Origin: Bdellovibrionales bacterium
Lineage (GTDB): Bacteria > Bdellovibrionota > Bdellovibrionia > Bdellovibrionales > Bdellovibrionaceae
DNA: 64,000 nucleotides
Direction of reading: 5' to 3'
Assembly: GCA_031370005.1 (NCBI GenBank)
Contig: JANMPT010000097.1
Span: 1-64,000 of the forward strand
Shown: piece by piece, positions 29,136 through 38,583 of the stretch
Layout of the letters: each line of letters begins with the position of its first letter
Position numbering within the stretch: position 1 is the first letter of the stretch
Notes under the pieces: generated by a model
Database searches by the model: none
Seen by the model: only the letters and a program-made list of their open reading frames with translations
What the model was told of the DNA's origin: nothing
Made by a program: the position numbers and the translations under genes

Positions 29136-30287
29136 ATGTCATTAAAGACCCTCAAAAAAGGCGAATTTCTCTATACTGAAGGGGATAAGATTCAAAATGT
29201 CTATCTGATTCAATCCGGAGCTATTTCCCTATGCCTGACCCGGCATAAGAAAAACACTGATATGTTCCAGATTGGTTCTACGCAAATTCTTGGCGAACAA
29301 ATTCTAATTGGTCAAAATATTCATAATACGTCTGCAGTCGCTACAACGGAAACAAAAGTGCTAGAAATTCCGGCTGAAGCTTTCAAAGCACAATTTGAAT
29401 CTGCTCAACAAATGCTAAAAATTATTATCAAAAGCCTGACTGACAGACTCAAAACGGCGACTGCGGAGGTAAAATCCAATCGTTTGGAAAAGGATTCAGC
29501 TCCCTGCCCAGAGGATCAAGTAGCCAAAGCTTTTGGTGTGGTCTTTCATACGGCAAATCATAAAGGCGAAAAAAAAGAAAATCGAGTTATTGTAGACTGG
29601 GGACTTCTTCGTCAGTATGCCCAACGTGTATTTGGTGAATCATTAAAGCGCCTTGAGCAATGTGTGAATCTTCTTGTGAAGTTAAAACTTGCAATGTACG
29701 AAATGGGCAAAGACCCAGATGATCTGGACGGTCCTGAGCTCATCCAAAAAGTCCACTTTTTTGATCTTGCTGCCATTGAAAACTTCTTCGAATTCTATCA
29801 GTACTATTACTTCAAAGGTGGAAAATCAGAAGTTCTTAAAATCGAAGACACTGTACTAAGTGTCCTTGGTGGTCTTATTGCCTGCACAGAAGGTCTACCC
29901 ATAGATCGCTTCGGTGTTGCTACTCTTGAGTTCCCTAAGGTTGTTGAGTACTTTAAAAATGAATATGGCATGAACTTCACTTCAGATACCCTTACCCGCC
30001 TTGAAAATAAGGGCCTTTTTACTAAACGAAGAACTAACTCCAATAATGAAGTTCAATTGCAATTTGAGCTCAAGGAGTTCGTTGGCTTTCATAAGAACTG
30101 GCGGGTTCTTCGCGAAGTTGATAAATGGAACGAAAAAGGCTTCGTAAATCCTAGTGAGCCCGAAATTACAAAAAGCATGAAAAAAACTTCAGCGGGCGGA
30201 GTCAAATGCCCAGCCTGCTCTGCTGAAATTCAAGAATCACAGAAATTCTGCGGAGAATGTGGTCACAAAATTCTTGCTGTAGCCTAA
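29136..30287 (+). CDS. Cyclic-nucleotide-binding (Crp-like) protein with C-terminal zinc ribbon
   Basis: LKKGEFLYTEGD..VYLIQSG...LGE cNMP fold; CPAC...FCGECG. Confidence 0.8.
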   Translation: MSLKTLKKGEFLYTEGDKIQNVYLIQSGAISLCLTRHKKNTDMFQIGSTQILGEQILIGQNIHNTSAVATTETKVLEIPAEAFKAQFESAQQMLKIIIKSLTDRLKTATAEVKSNRLEKDSAPCPEDQVAKAFGVVFHTANHKGEKKENRVIVDWGLLRQYAQRVFGESLKRLEQCVNLLVKLKLAMYEMGKDPDDLDGPELIQKVHFFDLAAIENFFEFYQYYYFKGGKSEVLKIEDTVLSVLGGLIACTEGLPIDRFGVATLEFPKVVEYFKNEYGMNFTSDTLTRLENKGLFTKRRTNSNNEVQLQFELKEFVGFHKNWRVLREVDKWNEKGFVNPSEPEITKSMKKTSAGGVKCPACSAEIQESQKFCGECGHKILAVA

Positions 30288-30293
30288 GGTTTT

Positions 30294-31211
30294 CTAAAAA
30301 ACAACTGAAGCCGATAAAACATAGCTAAGGTTGCTCTCATTGTATGCAGAGGCAACTTCAAAGTTCGAGCTGCTGCCCGGAAGTGCCACTGCATAGTCAA
30401 TTTCAGGACTTAAACTAAATTTTCCTCCAAGAAAAGAAAAATTCGCTCCAAGATTTGTTAGGTATTGCTCCTTTACAAGAGCAAAGTCAGAGGTCTTCCA
30501 GTCATGCCTAAAACCAGCATTCAAATAGTAAGTGATCACATCATTCACCGAGTAGTAAATGTTTCCATAGTGAATTAGTGTGCTTTTAGCGTACATAGGG
30601 ACTGCATTGCCCTCAATCTCAATTGAGGTTGCAGTGGGAATCAAGGTTTGTCGCGGATTTAAATAATAAGAAACACTCCACTTAGGACTCAAAGTCCAAT
30701 TGAACTCAGCATCCATTCTTAGAATACCGTTATTTTGAATCTTGTAGTCAGTTGCAGTAACTGGAACATAATACCAAAATAGAACAGAAACTGGGTCTGA
30801 CTTAGCCACACCCTTAAACGTATGCCCATAGGTCAAAACTGGGTATGACATATCTGCAGTATTTTTTTTCTTTTGACCGTCATGGGACATAGTAAAGTAC
30901 TGTTTAAGTCCAAGACGATTTTCCTTATTAAGCTTATAACCAATACCAACTGCATTTGTAATTTCCACACTTTTATCACTGCTATTGCTATAATGGACAT
31001 CACTGGATTCCAATCCAAGCTGAGTCAATGCACTAAACGACCAGTTACTTTTTATGGAAGCTTCAGGATCTTGAAGAGGACCAAAAGTTGTAGCACTTTC
31101 TGAAGCTGCTATTGTTGTTGCAGAGGAGCTTTCTGTGCTTTGTGCTGACTCTTCGGCCCATGCGCTAGTCGCAAGTATTGTAAGAGCGCTAATTACAAAA
31201 AATCTTTTCAT
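30294..31211 (-). CDS. Putative outer-membrane beta-barrel protein
   Basis: Signal peptide, alternating aromatic beta-strands, C-terminal Phe (..SASVVF). Confidence 0.65.
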   Translation of the reverse strand: MKRFFVISALTILATSAWAEESAQSTESSSATTIAASESATTFGPLQDPEASIKSNWSFSALTQLGLESSDVHYSNSSDKSVEITNAVGIGYKLNKENRLGLKQYFTMSHDGQKKKNTADMSYPVLTYGHTFKGVAKSDPVSVLFWYYVPVTATDYKIQNNGILRMDAEFNWTLSPKWSVSYYLNPRQTLIPTATSIEIEGNAVPMYAKSTLIHYGNIYYSVNDVITYYLNAGFRHDWKTSDFALVKEQYLTNLGANFSFLGGKFSLSPEIDYAVALPGSSSNFEVASAYNESNLSYVLSASVVF

Positions 31212-31340
31212 TTAGAGAACCCCTTTTTTAAACTATGAACTTCTTGCGTTGATGAAGATTTGACCCCATCGACTCCCCTTGTCATCACAGTACTGGTGTT
31301 AAACAATCTGGTTCCAAACTGAACCCACTGGATTACAATA

Positions 31341-31356
31341 GCAATGAGAGTGCCAA
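31341..31356 (-). promoter_or_regulatory. Sigma54 (-24/-12) promoter
   Basis: Minus strand reads TTGGCAC-TCTCA-TTGC, a perfect consensus, upstream of the 30294-31211 gene. Confidence 0.85.
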
Positions 31357-31388
31357 ACTCTGGAGAGCTTTGCAACTATAAATATTTT

Positions 31389-32033
31389 TTATAAACGTGA
31401 ATTAAAGCGATGGTTTAGCATCGTTATAAGCATTGGTAGAAAAGAGACACCAATGACAGTAAATATTACTAGATGGAAGTTGTTTTTGACACTAGGAAGG
31501 TTCCCAAAGTAGTAACCGGCCCCCAAAAAACAACTCATCCATAAAAAAGAGCCAACAACACTAAAGCTGAAAAATTTACCAAAATGCATATGTCCGACAC
31601 CAGCAACAAAGGGGGCAAAAGTTCTAAAAATAGGCATAAAGCGTGCAAGCAATACTGTTTTACCACCATGATTGCGATAGAACTCTTGAGTTTGCTTGAG
31701 GTATTTTGGGTTTAAAAATATAGATTTTTCATGACTAAATACTTTTGGTCCGAGAAATTTGCCTATTTGATAATTTGTATTATCCCCTAAAATCGCCGCT
31801 AAAATTAGCAAAATCCATAATTTTATAATGCTTAACCCGCTGCTATCAATGCTTGCCAAGGCTCCGGCGGCAAATAACAAGGAGTCACCAGGTAAAAAAG
31901 GAGCCACCACCAAGCCTGTTTCGGCAAAAATAATTAGAAATAAAATCACATAAACCAAGGTCCCATATGTTGCGGTTAGTTGAGCTAAGTGAACATCTAA
32001 ATGCAAAAAAATATCAATAATTTGTGAAAGCAT
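31389..32033 (-). CDS. dedA: DedA family membrane protein
   Basis: FAETGL..PFLPGDSLLF, GDNTNY, ARFMPIFRTFAPFVAG. Confidence 0.93.
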   Translation of the reverse strand: MLSQIIDIFLHLDVHLAQLTATYGTLVYVILFLIIFAETGLVVAPFLPGDSLLFAAGALASIDSSGLSIIKLWILLILAAILGDNTNYQIGKFLGPKVFSHEKSIFLNPKYLKQTQEFYRNHGGKTVLLARFMPIFRTFAPFVAGVGHMHFGKFFSFSVVGSFLWMSCFLGAGYYFGNLPSVKNNFHLVIFTVIGVSFLPMLITMLNHRFNSRL

Positions 32034-32164
32034 ATTTGAAGACTAGAAAGGATTTAAGTAATTATCAAGAAAATAACTTATTCACTCATGCTTATGCTAA
32101 CCAAAACATAACAAGACAAATCAGCGGCTCAATTATACATAGGTCCTCAACAAGGAGAACCCAT

Positions 32165-32554
32165 ATGAAAAAAATGTTTTTATTTTTTTGTTTCACACTT
32201 TCGATCGCGGCCCAAGGAAACACAATTAATACTGTTTTCAAAAATGAATCCCAAGTCCCAGTGGAGCTTCAAAAACAGATTCTTGATTTTGTAAATATTC
32301 GCTGTGGAAATTTAGTTTCAAATTATGGATTACACGAGCTAAAGACCACTATTCGTGAGTACAACAGAGTTGATCAAGGCATGGTTGATGCATATTTTAC
32401 AACGACACTTACTTCTGAGTATTATTTTGATAAAATGCACCCATCAACAACAAACATTACTATTGAAAGCGAGCGCTACAACTTTTCCAGTGGTGATAAC
32501 TTTGTAGTAATTAGCGCGTCGTCTAGTGATGGCTGTGACCAGGAATATAAATAA
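32165..32554 (+). CDS. Small secreted hypothetical protein
   Basis: ATG 32165 after AAGGAG; MKKMFLFFCFTLSIAAQG signal peptide. Confidence 0.75.
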   Translation: MKKMFLFFCFTLSIAAQGNTINTVFKNESQVPVELQKQILDFVNIRCGNLVSNYGLHELKTTIREYNRVDQGMVDAYFTTTLTSEYYFDKMHPSTTNITIESERYNFSSGDNFVVISASSSDGCDQEYK

Positions 32555-32556
32555 GA

Positions 32557-33126
32557 CTAGTTACCAGTGCCGGGCGCTGCTTGATCCAAGGACGCTCTTG
32601 CAGCCTCTATCGTCATGAATTCATCAGCACCTAAGCTCATGATTAGGTCTTGGCTAGAGTTTTGATCTGTATAGAAAAAATATTTCTTCATTGCTGTTTG
32701 TTTTATTTTTTGACCATTACGTGTGATATTAATAACTAAATAGTATGGATTACAGATATCAGAACCACAAATACCCGCTACTTCGAAGTTTGCTCCGTCA
32801 AAACTAGCTGTTGTGCTTGAAATTGCATTTACCTTACTATGAGTTGTAACAACTTGATAGGTATTGTTATTCACTTTAATTTGCGAGGTAACGGACAATG
32901 CACCCGTTGATGCTTGAACTGGGTTAAGAATTTTTAGGATATCTGTCACATAGCCACTTGCGGCTGCCGCTTGATCCGCCGCTGCTGCTTGCTGATCATT
33001 AACATAGGAAGCCCCTGCTGCATTTTTTCTAGCAGCAAATTCAGAGTCTTTCTTTGCGCAAGCAGAAAGAGCAAAAGCTGCAACTACGATATAGATATAA
33101 ATTTTAGAATTTTTAAACAGTCCCAC
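32557..33126 (-). CDS. Lipoprotein of unknown function
   Basis: GTG start after AGGAGG; lipobox LSAC; Ala/Gln-rich linker. Confidence 0.8.
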   Translation of the reverse strand: MGLFKNSKIYIYIVVAAFALSACAKKDSEFAARKNAAGASYVNDQQAAAADQAAAASGYVTDILKILNPVQASTGALSVTSQIKVNNNTYQVVTTHSKVNAISSTTASFDGANFEVAGICGSDICNPYYLVINITRNGQKIKQTAMKKYFFYTDQNSSQDLIMSLGADEFMTIEAARASLDQAAPGTGN

Positions 33127-33170
33127 TAAGGCCTCCTAGTTACGAAGAATATTTCTCAACTAACATAGAA

Positions 33171-33185
33171 GCAAAAGGCAAACCA
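33171..33185 (-). promoter_or_regulatory. Probable sigma54 promoter (variant)
   Basis: Minus strand TGGTTT-GCCTT-TTGC with correct GG/GC spacing, 45 nt upstream of GTG 33126 (the same distance as at 18041). Confidence 0.55.
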
Positions 33186-33384
33186 CAAATGATACTTTTA
33201 AGAGTGCTGCTAACTGCATGATTTAAAACAATAAAAATGAAGTGCTTATTGAAAGTCTCATTTTAAGACAAAGTGTTCAATTCAAGCGTGATGGCATAAT
33301 GACATTTTAGGGATATTTCCGCTTAGAGTCTGGACATAGCAAAAGCCGTTGTCTCGCTTTGAGATTAGCAGTTAAACTAGTTCA

Positions 33385-34533
33385 ATGGCGGCAGGTTCAA
33401 AATTAAATAAAGCATTAGTTCTTTCCGGTGGCGGTGCCCGCGGAGCCTACCAGGTGGGGGTTTTATCTGCCATTGCGGATATTGCCCAGGCTTCCAGCAT
33501 TCTCGAAGCATTTGATATTTATTCTGGAGTCAGTGCTGGAGCAATAAATGCTGCTTTTCTTGCCGCTGGGGCTGATGACTTTAGCGCAAGTTGCAAAAAT
33601 CTTGTCGATCTCTGGAGCCAGCTCACCAGCGACCAGGTCTTTTATTCCGATATTGGCTCAATTGGTAAAATCGGCTTTAACTGGGTTAAGTCAGTTTCCG
33701 TCGGCGGGCTTACTGGAGCCGTTCCAGGACAAGCTCTCTTAGATACGGCCCCTTTATTTCGTTTGATTAATGAGCGTCTGCCCTTTGCTAAAATTCAAAA
33801 TAACCTTGATCGCGGCGTTTTAAAGGCTCTTGCAATCACCGCCATTGATTATCAAAGCTCTATGGCAATCACTTTTGTTCAAGGACAAAAGGATCTACCA
33901 GATTGGGAAAGATCTCGTCGCAAAAGCGAAAAAACCCAAATCTCCGCAGAACACGTTTTGGCCTCCTCAGCTATCCCACTCTTGTTTCCTCCAGTTGGCA
34001 TCGAGCAAAGTTTTTTTGGCGACGGTTGTGTTAGAAATACAGCTCCCTGCAGCCCTAGTATTTATCTGGGTGCAAAAAAACTCATGATCATAGGAGTTCG
34101 GCGACAAGCCCCGACTGCTTACGAATATCGCGTCCTTCAAAACCAAAAAGCGCCCAGCGTTGCTCGAGTATTAAATGTTCTATTGAATTCAGTTCTTCTC
34201 GACGGGGTCGAGCTTGATGTGGAAAGACTCAGTAAGATTAATTCGTTAATCGATCAAGTCCCAGCTAGAATTCACGATAGCCTGGCTTATAAAAAAGTAG
34301 ACTTCGTATGGATCTCCCCTTCAGCGGATATCGGTGAAATTGCAGCTCAAAAGCAGCTAAAACTGCCACCCATCATTCGTTACTTACTCAAGGGTCTTGG
34401 TAGCATCAGTGAAGCAAGTGAAATCGTTAGTTATCTTTTATTTGATCCCTCATTTTGTACTCAGCTGATTGAAATTGGTTATGAAGACGGCATGAAACAA
34501 AAAGAAGAAATTAAAAGATTTTTAGAATCATAA
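33385..34533 (+). CDS. Patatin-like phospholipase
   Basis: LSGGGARGAYQ, GVSAG, ASSAIP, DG motif (FGDGC). Confidence 0.92.
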   Translation: MAAGSKLNKALVLSGGGARGAYQVGVLSAIADIAQASSILEAFDIYSGVSAGAINAAFLAAGADDFSASCKNLVDLWSQLTSDQVFYSDIGSIGKIGFNWVKSVSVGGLTGAVPGQALLDTAPLFRLINERLPFAKIQNNLDRGVLKALAITAIDYQSSMAITFVQGQKDLPDWERSRRKSEKTQISAEHVLASSAIPLLFPPVGIEQSFFGDGCVRNTAPCSPSIYLGAKKLMIIGVRRQAPTAYEYRVLQNQKAPSVARVLNVLLNSVLLDGVELDVERLSKINSLIDQVPARIHDSLAYKKVDFVWISPSADIGEIAAQKQLKLPPIIRYLLKGLGSISEASEIVSYLLFDPSFCTQLIEIGYEDGMKQKEEIKRFLES

Positions 34534-34545
34534 GCAAAGTATGTT

Positions 34546-36435
34546 TTAAATCTCCACTTGGATTCCTACCTCAATAACTTGATTAGGTGGAATTTTAAAG
34601 AAAGCCGTCGGTCGCTGCGCATTCTTAGACATTATTGCAAAAAGTTTTTCACGCCAGAGGCTCATTCCCGGAATTGAGCTTGGCAAAATAGTCTCACGAC
34701 CTAGCACGAAAGTGGTCTCAGACACATTGAAGTGGATGTCACGCTGCCGGCAGGCCTCAAGAATGTGCTTCATCTTTGGAGTCTCCATAAAGCCGTAATA
34801 AACAATAATTCGATAAAGATTTGGGATGATCTCTTCAATTGTCACGCGGTCTTTTTTCAAAACAAAAGGCTCATCCTTTGTTTGAATTGTAAGAATAGCC
34901 ACTCGCTCATGGAGAACTTTATTGTGTTTTAGATTATGCAATAAGGGCACAGGAATTCCCGAGGGGTCTCCGGCCATATAAATTGCAGTCCCCGTCACTC
35001 GCAATGGTGGCGTACGAAGGATCATTTGACAAAATTCTTCAATTGAAACTGCACGATCTTTTAGACGAGCATATAATATTCTTCGTCCCTTATTCCATGT
35101 GACCATTAAAAGATAAATTACGGCCGCCATAAGCAGGGGCACCCAACCACCGTGAGCAATTTTCATCATGTTAGCACCAAAAAATGAAGCATCAAAAACC
35201 AAGAAAGCGCCAAAGATGAATAGCGCGCGACCAAGCCCCCATTTCCAGCGATGTATAGCGACTTCAAAAGCAAGCAAAGTTGTAATCACCATGGTCCCCG
35301 TCACTGCAATGCCATAAGCTGCCGCCAAATTACTCGAAGACTTAAAGGTTAATACCAACCAAATAACCCCAATAAACAAGGCCCAATTCACAAACGGCAC
35401 ATAGATTTGTCCAATTTCGCGACTGGAAGTATGCACAGTTGAAAGACGAGGACAAAAGCCCATTTGCATTGCCTGGCGCGTGATTGAAAAAATCCCGGAA
35501 ACCAGAGCCTGCGATGCAATCACAGTAGCCATCGTAGAAAGAATTACCATCGGTACTAATGCCCACTTCGGAGCAAGAAGATAGAAAGGATTTGAAATTG
35601 TCTCAGGATTTGAAAGTAACAAAGCGCCTTGACCAAAGTAATTTAAAACCAAAGCTGGTAATGCAATTAAAAACCACGCCAACCGAATCGGTTGACGACC
35701 GAAATGTCCCATATCAGCATAAAGAGCTTCGCCCCCAGTGATTACCAGCACCACAGACCCTAAAACAACAAAACCATGAAGCCCGTGATAACTAAAGAAC
35801 TCAATAGCATACCAAGGATTTATAGCTTCAAGAACTGCCGGATTTTCAAGAATTCCATGAAGCCCCAAGCCACCCAGAATAACAAACCAAATCAAAAGAA
35901 TGGGACCAAAGATGACACCAATTCTTCCAGTCCCAAATCTCTGCATAAGAAAAAAAGCATTCAAAATAAAAATTGTCACTGGAATAACATAAGGCTCTAA
36001 TACTGGGGTTAAAAGAGATAGACCTTCGACTGCCGATAAAACCGAAATAGCTGGTGTGATAATACCGTCTCCATAAAGAAGCGCAGCGCCAAACAATCCC
36101 AACGTGATAATAATATATTTACGAATATTAGAGTGTTTTTGTTCGCTGTTTGACGCCAGAGCCATCAAAGATAAAATACCGCCTTCGCCTTTGTTGTCGG
36201 CTTTCATCACCACGGCCATATATTTGAAACAAATTGCAATGATGATTGTCCAAAAAATCAAAGATAAAATACCAAGTATATTCTGAGGTTCCACAGGAAT
36301 TCCATGCTCCACCGCAAAGCACTCTCTAAGAGCATAAAGTGGACTTGTTCCAATATCACCAAAAACCACGCCCAGCGCACCAAGAGACATTATCCAGATG
36401 TTTTGAGAATATTTGCTACGAGATATATTTTCCAT
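34546..36435 (-). CDS. kup: Potassium transporter Kup
   Basis: GVVFGDIGTSPLY, GEGG, TPAISVLSAVEG, EALYADMGHFG. Confidence 0.97.
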   Translation of the reverse strand: MENISRSKYSQNIWIMSLGALGVVFGDIGTSPLYALRECFAVEHGIPVEPQNILGILSLIFWTIIIAICFKYMAVVMKADNKGEGGILSLMALASNSEQKHSNIRKYIIITLGLFGAALLYGDGIITPAISVLSAVEGLSLLTPVLEPYVIPVTIFILNAFFLMQRFGTGRIGVIFGPILLIWFVILGGLGLHGILENPAVLEAINPWYAIEFFSYHGLHGFVVLGSVVLVITGGEALYADMGHFGRQPIRLAWFLIALPALVLNYFGQGALLLSNPETISNPFYLLAPKWALVPMVILSTMATVIASQALVSGIFSITRQAMQMGFCPRLSTVHTSSREIGQIYVPFVNWALFIGVIWLVLTFKSSSNLAAAYGIAVTGTMVITTLLAFEVAIHRWKWGLGRALFIFGAFLVFDASFFGANMMKIAHGGWVPLLMAAVIYLLMVTWNKGRRILYARLKDRAVSIEEFCQMILRTPPLRVTGTAIYMAGDPSGIPVPLLHNLKHNKVLHERVAILTIQTKDEPFVLKKDRVTIEEIIPNLYRIIVYYGFMETPKMKHILEACRQRDIHFNVSETTFVLGRETILPSSIPGMSLWREKLFAIMSKNAQRPTAFFKIPPNQVIEVGIQVEI

Positions 36436-37022
36436 TATTTCGTGGGTTTCTGTGCAAGAAAGTTATTAGCATCAAGCTTGGCATCCTTTAAGGCTTTACA
36501 GAAGCGCTGAAATCCCCGGACTTGATCCATTAAAAGCTCCTGCATAACTGGATCAGCCAAAGTTTCATTTTTAACCACTTTAAATACGTTCATAAGAAAA
36601 ACTCTTTGAGGATAAATAAACGCATTACGGTAACCAAAAATTTGCTGTAAATGTTCAACTGGCCTCATCCCACCAAACATTCCGCCAAGCCCGACGAAGG
36701 CTACCGGTCTGAACTCAAAACAGTCTGGAAATTTCATATGATCAATATAATATTTCAAAATTCCTGGCATAGAGCCATTGTACTCAGGGCAAACTACGAT
36801 TAAGCCATCAGATTTTACAATTTTATTGATTTCTGCTTGAAGACTTTCCGGCTGGTCTTTCCCGTAATGTGGACCAGTTGAAAGCTCACTGCGAATCTCA
36901 CGTAAATCAATAAGCCCAATTTCCTCACCAGCCTCTTTGTACAGGGTTTGAATATACTTCGAGATTTTTAATGAGTTCGAATCGGCACGATCGGTTCCTG
37001 AAATAACATATTTCATGTTCAT
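36435..37022 (-). CDS. NADPH-dependent FMN reductase
   Basis: ISGTDR..SNS, PEYNGSMPGILK..ID; start set at ATG 37022 after AAGGA. Confidence 0.88.
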   Translation of the reverse strand: MNMKYVISGTDRADSNSLKISKYIQTLYKEAGEEIGLIDLREIRSELSTGPHYGKDQPESLQAEINKIVKSDGLIVVCPEYNGSMPGILKYYIDHMKFPDCFEFRPVAFVGLGGMFGGMRPVEHLQQIFGYRNAFIYPQRVFLMNVFKVVKNETLADPVMQELLMDQVRGFQRFCKALKDAKLDANNFLAQKPTK

Positions 37023-37102
37023 TATTTCCTTCAGCTGATTTGACAATAATCATCGCGTTGGTTCTAATAATCAAGAGGGAACTTAAGCGGCAGGAGTTGT
37101 TC

Positions 37103-37792
37103 TTGGAAAATAAAAGATGGTTCTTACTGTTAGAGGGTCAGGTCACTGGTCCCTACAGCGATGAAGAGATTCAAAATCGCATTGACAATGCCAAGGATTC
37201 TCTCATTTGGGGACGTGGCCAATCAGAATGGCTTGGGCCAGACAGGTGGCGAACGGCAACAAAAGCTCTCATTGATCAGTTGGCATTAGAGCAACAAAGC
37301 TCACGACAATGGAAGATGCGTGTTGATCACAAAGAGCTCACTCCAATGACTCTTGAAGAGCTGATTGAGCAGCTTAAAGATTATACAGATCTTTCCCCCG
37401 TGCGCGTTTGGACCGACGGATTTGACGATTGGAAAGAAGTTTTTCAGGTTCGAAAAATCATGGACGAACTAGGCATCAGTCGGCGCAGCCATTCCCGTGT
37501 TCCTATAATGGGCTCGCTGAAGGCCACGGCCGGGCTAGGTGAGCTCAATGCTAAAATCATTTCTATCAGCGAGGGCGGTATCGGAGTCAACAGCGCTAAG
37601 GGCTTGCAAATTGGAGAAAAATTTCCAGCCGCACTGGGCAGTCCAAATCTTTTTATGAATATCACCTGCAATATGGAAGTTGTTTATGTCGGAGCAGATG
37701 GATATGCTGGTATGCGTTTTTTGGGTCTTCCAAGTGAAGCTCGATCTGCAATTATTGAATACGTGAAGAAGTTCCAACAGGTCCAGAAATAA
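37103..37792 (+). CDS. Tandem GYF_2 (DUF4339) + PilZ domain protein
   Basis: WFLL..GQVTGPYS...LIWGRGQSEW and a second W...P.T.EEL...VWTDGFDDW; RRSHSRVP and SISEGG PilZ motifs; TTG start after AGGAG. Confidence 0.8.
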   Translation: MENKRWFLLLEGQVTGPYSDEEIQNRIDNAKDSLIWGRGQSEWLGPDRWRTATKALIDQLALEQQSSRQWKMRVDHKELTPMTLEELIEQLKDYTDLSPVRVWTDGFDDWKEVFQVRKIMDELGISRRSHSRVPIMGSLKATAGLGELNAKIISISEGGIGVNSAKGLQIGEKFPAALGSPNLFMNITCNMEVVYVGADGYAGMRFLGLPSEARSAIIEYVKKFQQVQK

Positions 37793-38549
37793 GCTCAAAA
37801 AGACCCTTCAAAGCCAGCGTTGAATTGCGTTTTCCCTTAAAGCCTTCACGAACTTCCACGAGAAAGTCTGCTGACTTTAAAGCGTTTTTTAAAACCGTGC
37901 GGCTAGCGTAAGTTGAAACCATACAATCCTTGTCTGTGGCCTTATTAAAAAAATCCACCAAGAACTCCTCTGTCCAGAGATTCGGAGAAGTTTTGGCACT
38001 AAAGGCATCAAATAAAATACAGTGATTTTTTGTTTTAAAAACTGTCTTGCAATCAAGGGGGCCATGCAAAACAAAAGCCTGACTCTCAAGTTTCATGCAA
38101 AGAAATTTTTTTAATTTTTGCGCTTCAATATGAGTGCCCATCAAAACATATTTTAATACTTGTTCATAAACTTCTTTGATTTCAATGCCTAAAGGCTGTC
38201 CTCTTAACCAATAGATGAAGTATTCTCTTAACTCTGGTACAAGTTCAAAGCTTTCTAGAGTGAAATTCAAATTCTGCTGTAGAAATGCCTCTCGAGCCAC
38301 GGTAAGTTCGACGAAACCAATACCTAAGCCTATAGATAAAAACTGAGGCTTTAAGATGTGCTGAAAGCAATGACGAATTATTTTACCATAAATTAATTCT
38401 GTTTCCCCTGCAGCGCCCCCTGAGTGGTGCATGGACTCGCCTTTTTCATGTTGTGGTGAGGACGCCTGAATCAAGCGCAAACTGGGGCTGCCGTCCCCCG
38501 TAATTTCTACCTCAAATCCAATCTCTGACCATCTTTGCAGTGTATTCAT
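37752..38549 (-). CDS. Stand-alone MnmC-type (MnmD/MnmC2) tRNA methyltransferase
   Basis: TGDGSPSL, ESMHHSGGA..E, IGLGIG, FDAFSAKTSPNLWT, STYAS, GFKGKR; no FAD oxidase half. Confidence 0.8.
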   Translation of the reverse strand: MNTLQRWSEIGFEVEITGDGSPSLRLIQASSPQHEKGESMHHSGGAAGETELIYGKIIRHCFQHILKPQFLSIGLGIGFVELTVAREAFLQQNLNFTLESFELVPELREYFIYWLRGQPLGIEIKEVYEQVLKYVLMGTHIEAQKLKKFLCMKLESQAFVLHGPLDCKTVFKTKNHCILFDAFSAKTSPNLWTEEFLVDFFNKATDKDCMVSTYASRTVLKNALKSADFLVEVREGFKGKRNSTLALKGLFELISGPVGTSSRIQ

Positions 38550-38583
38550 TGATTTTTTCCCTTTTGCTCCCTATATACATTCC

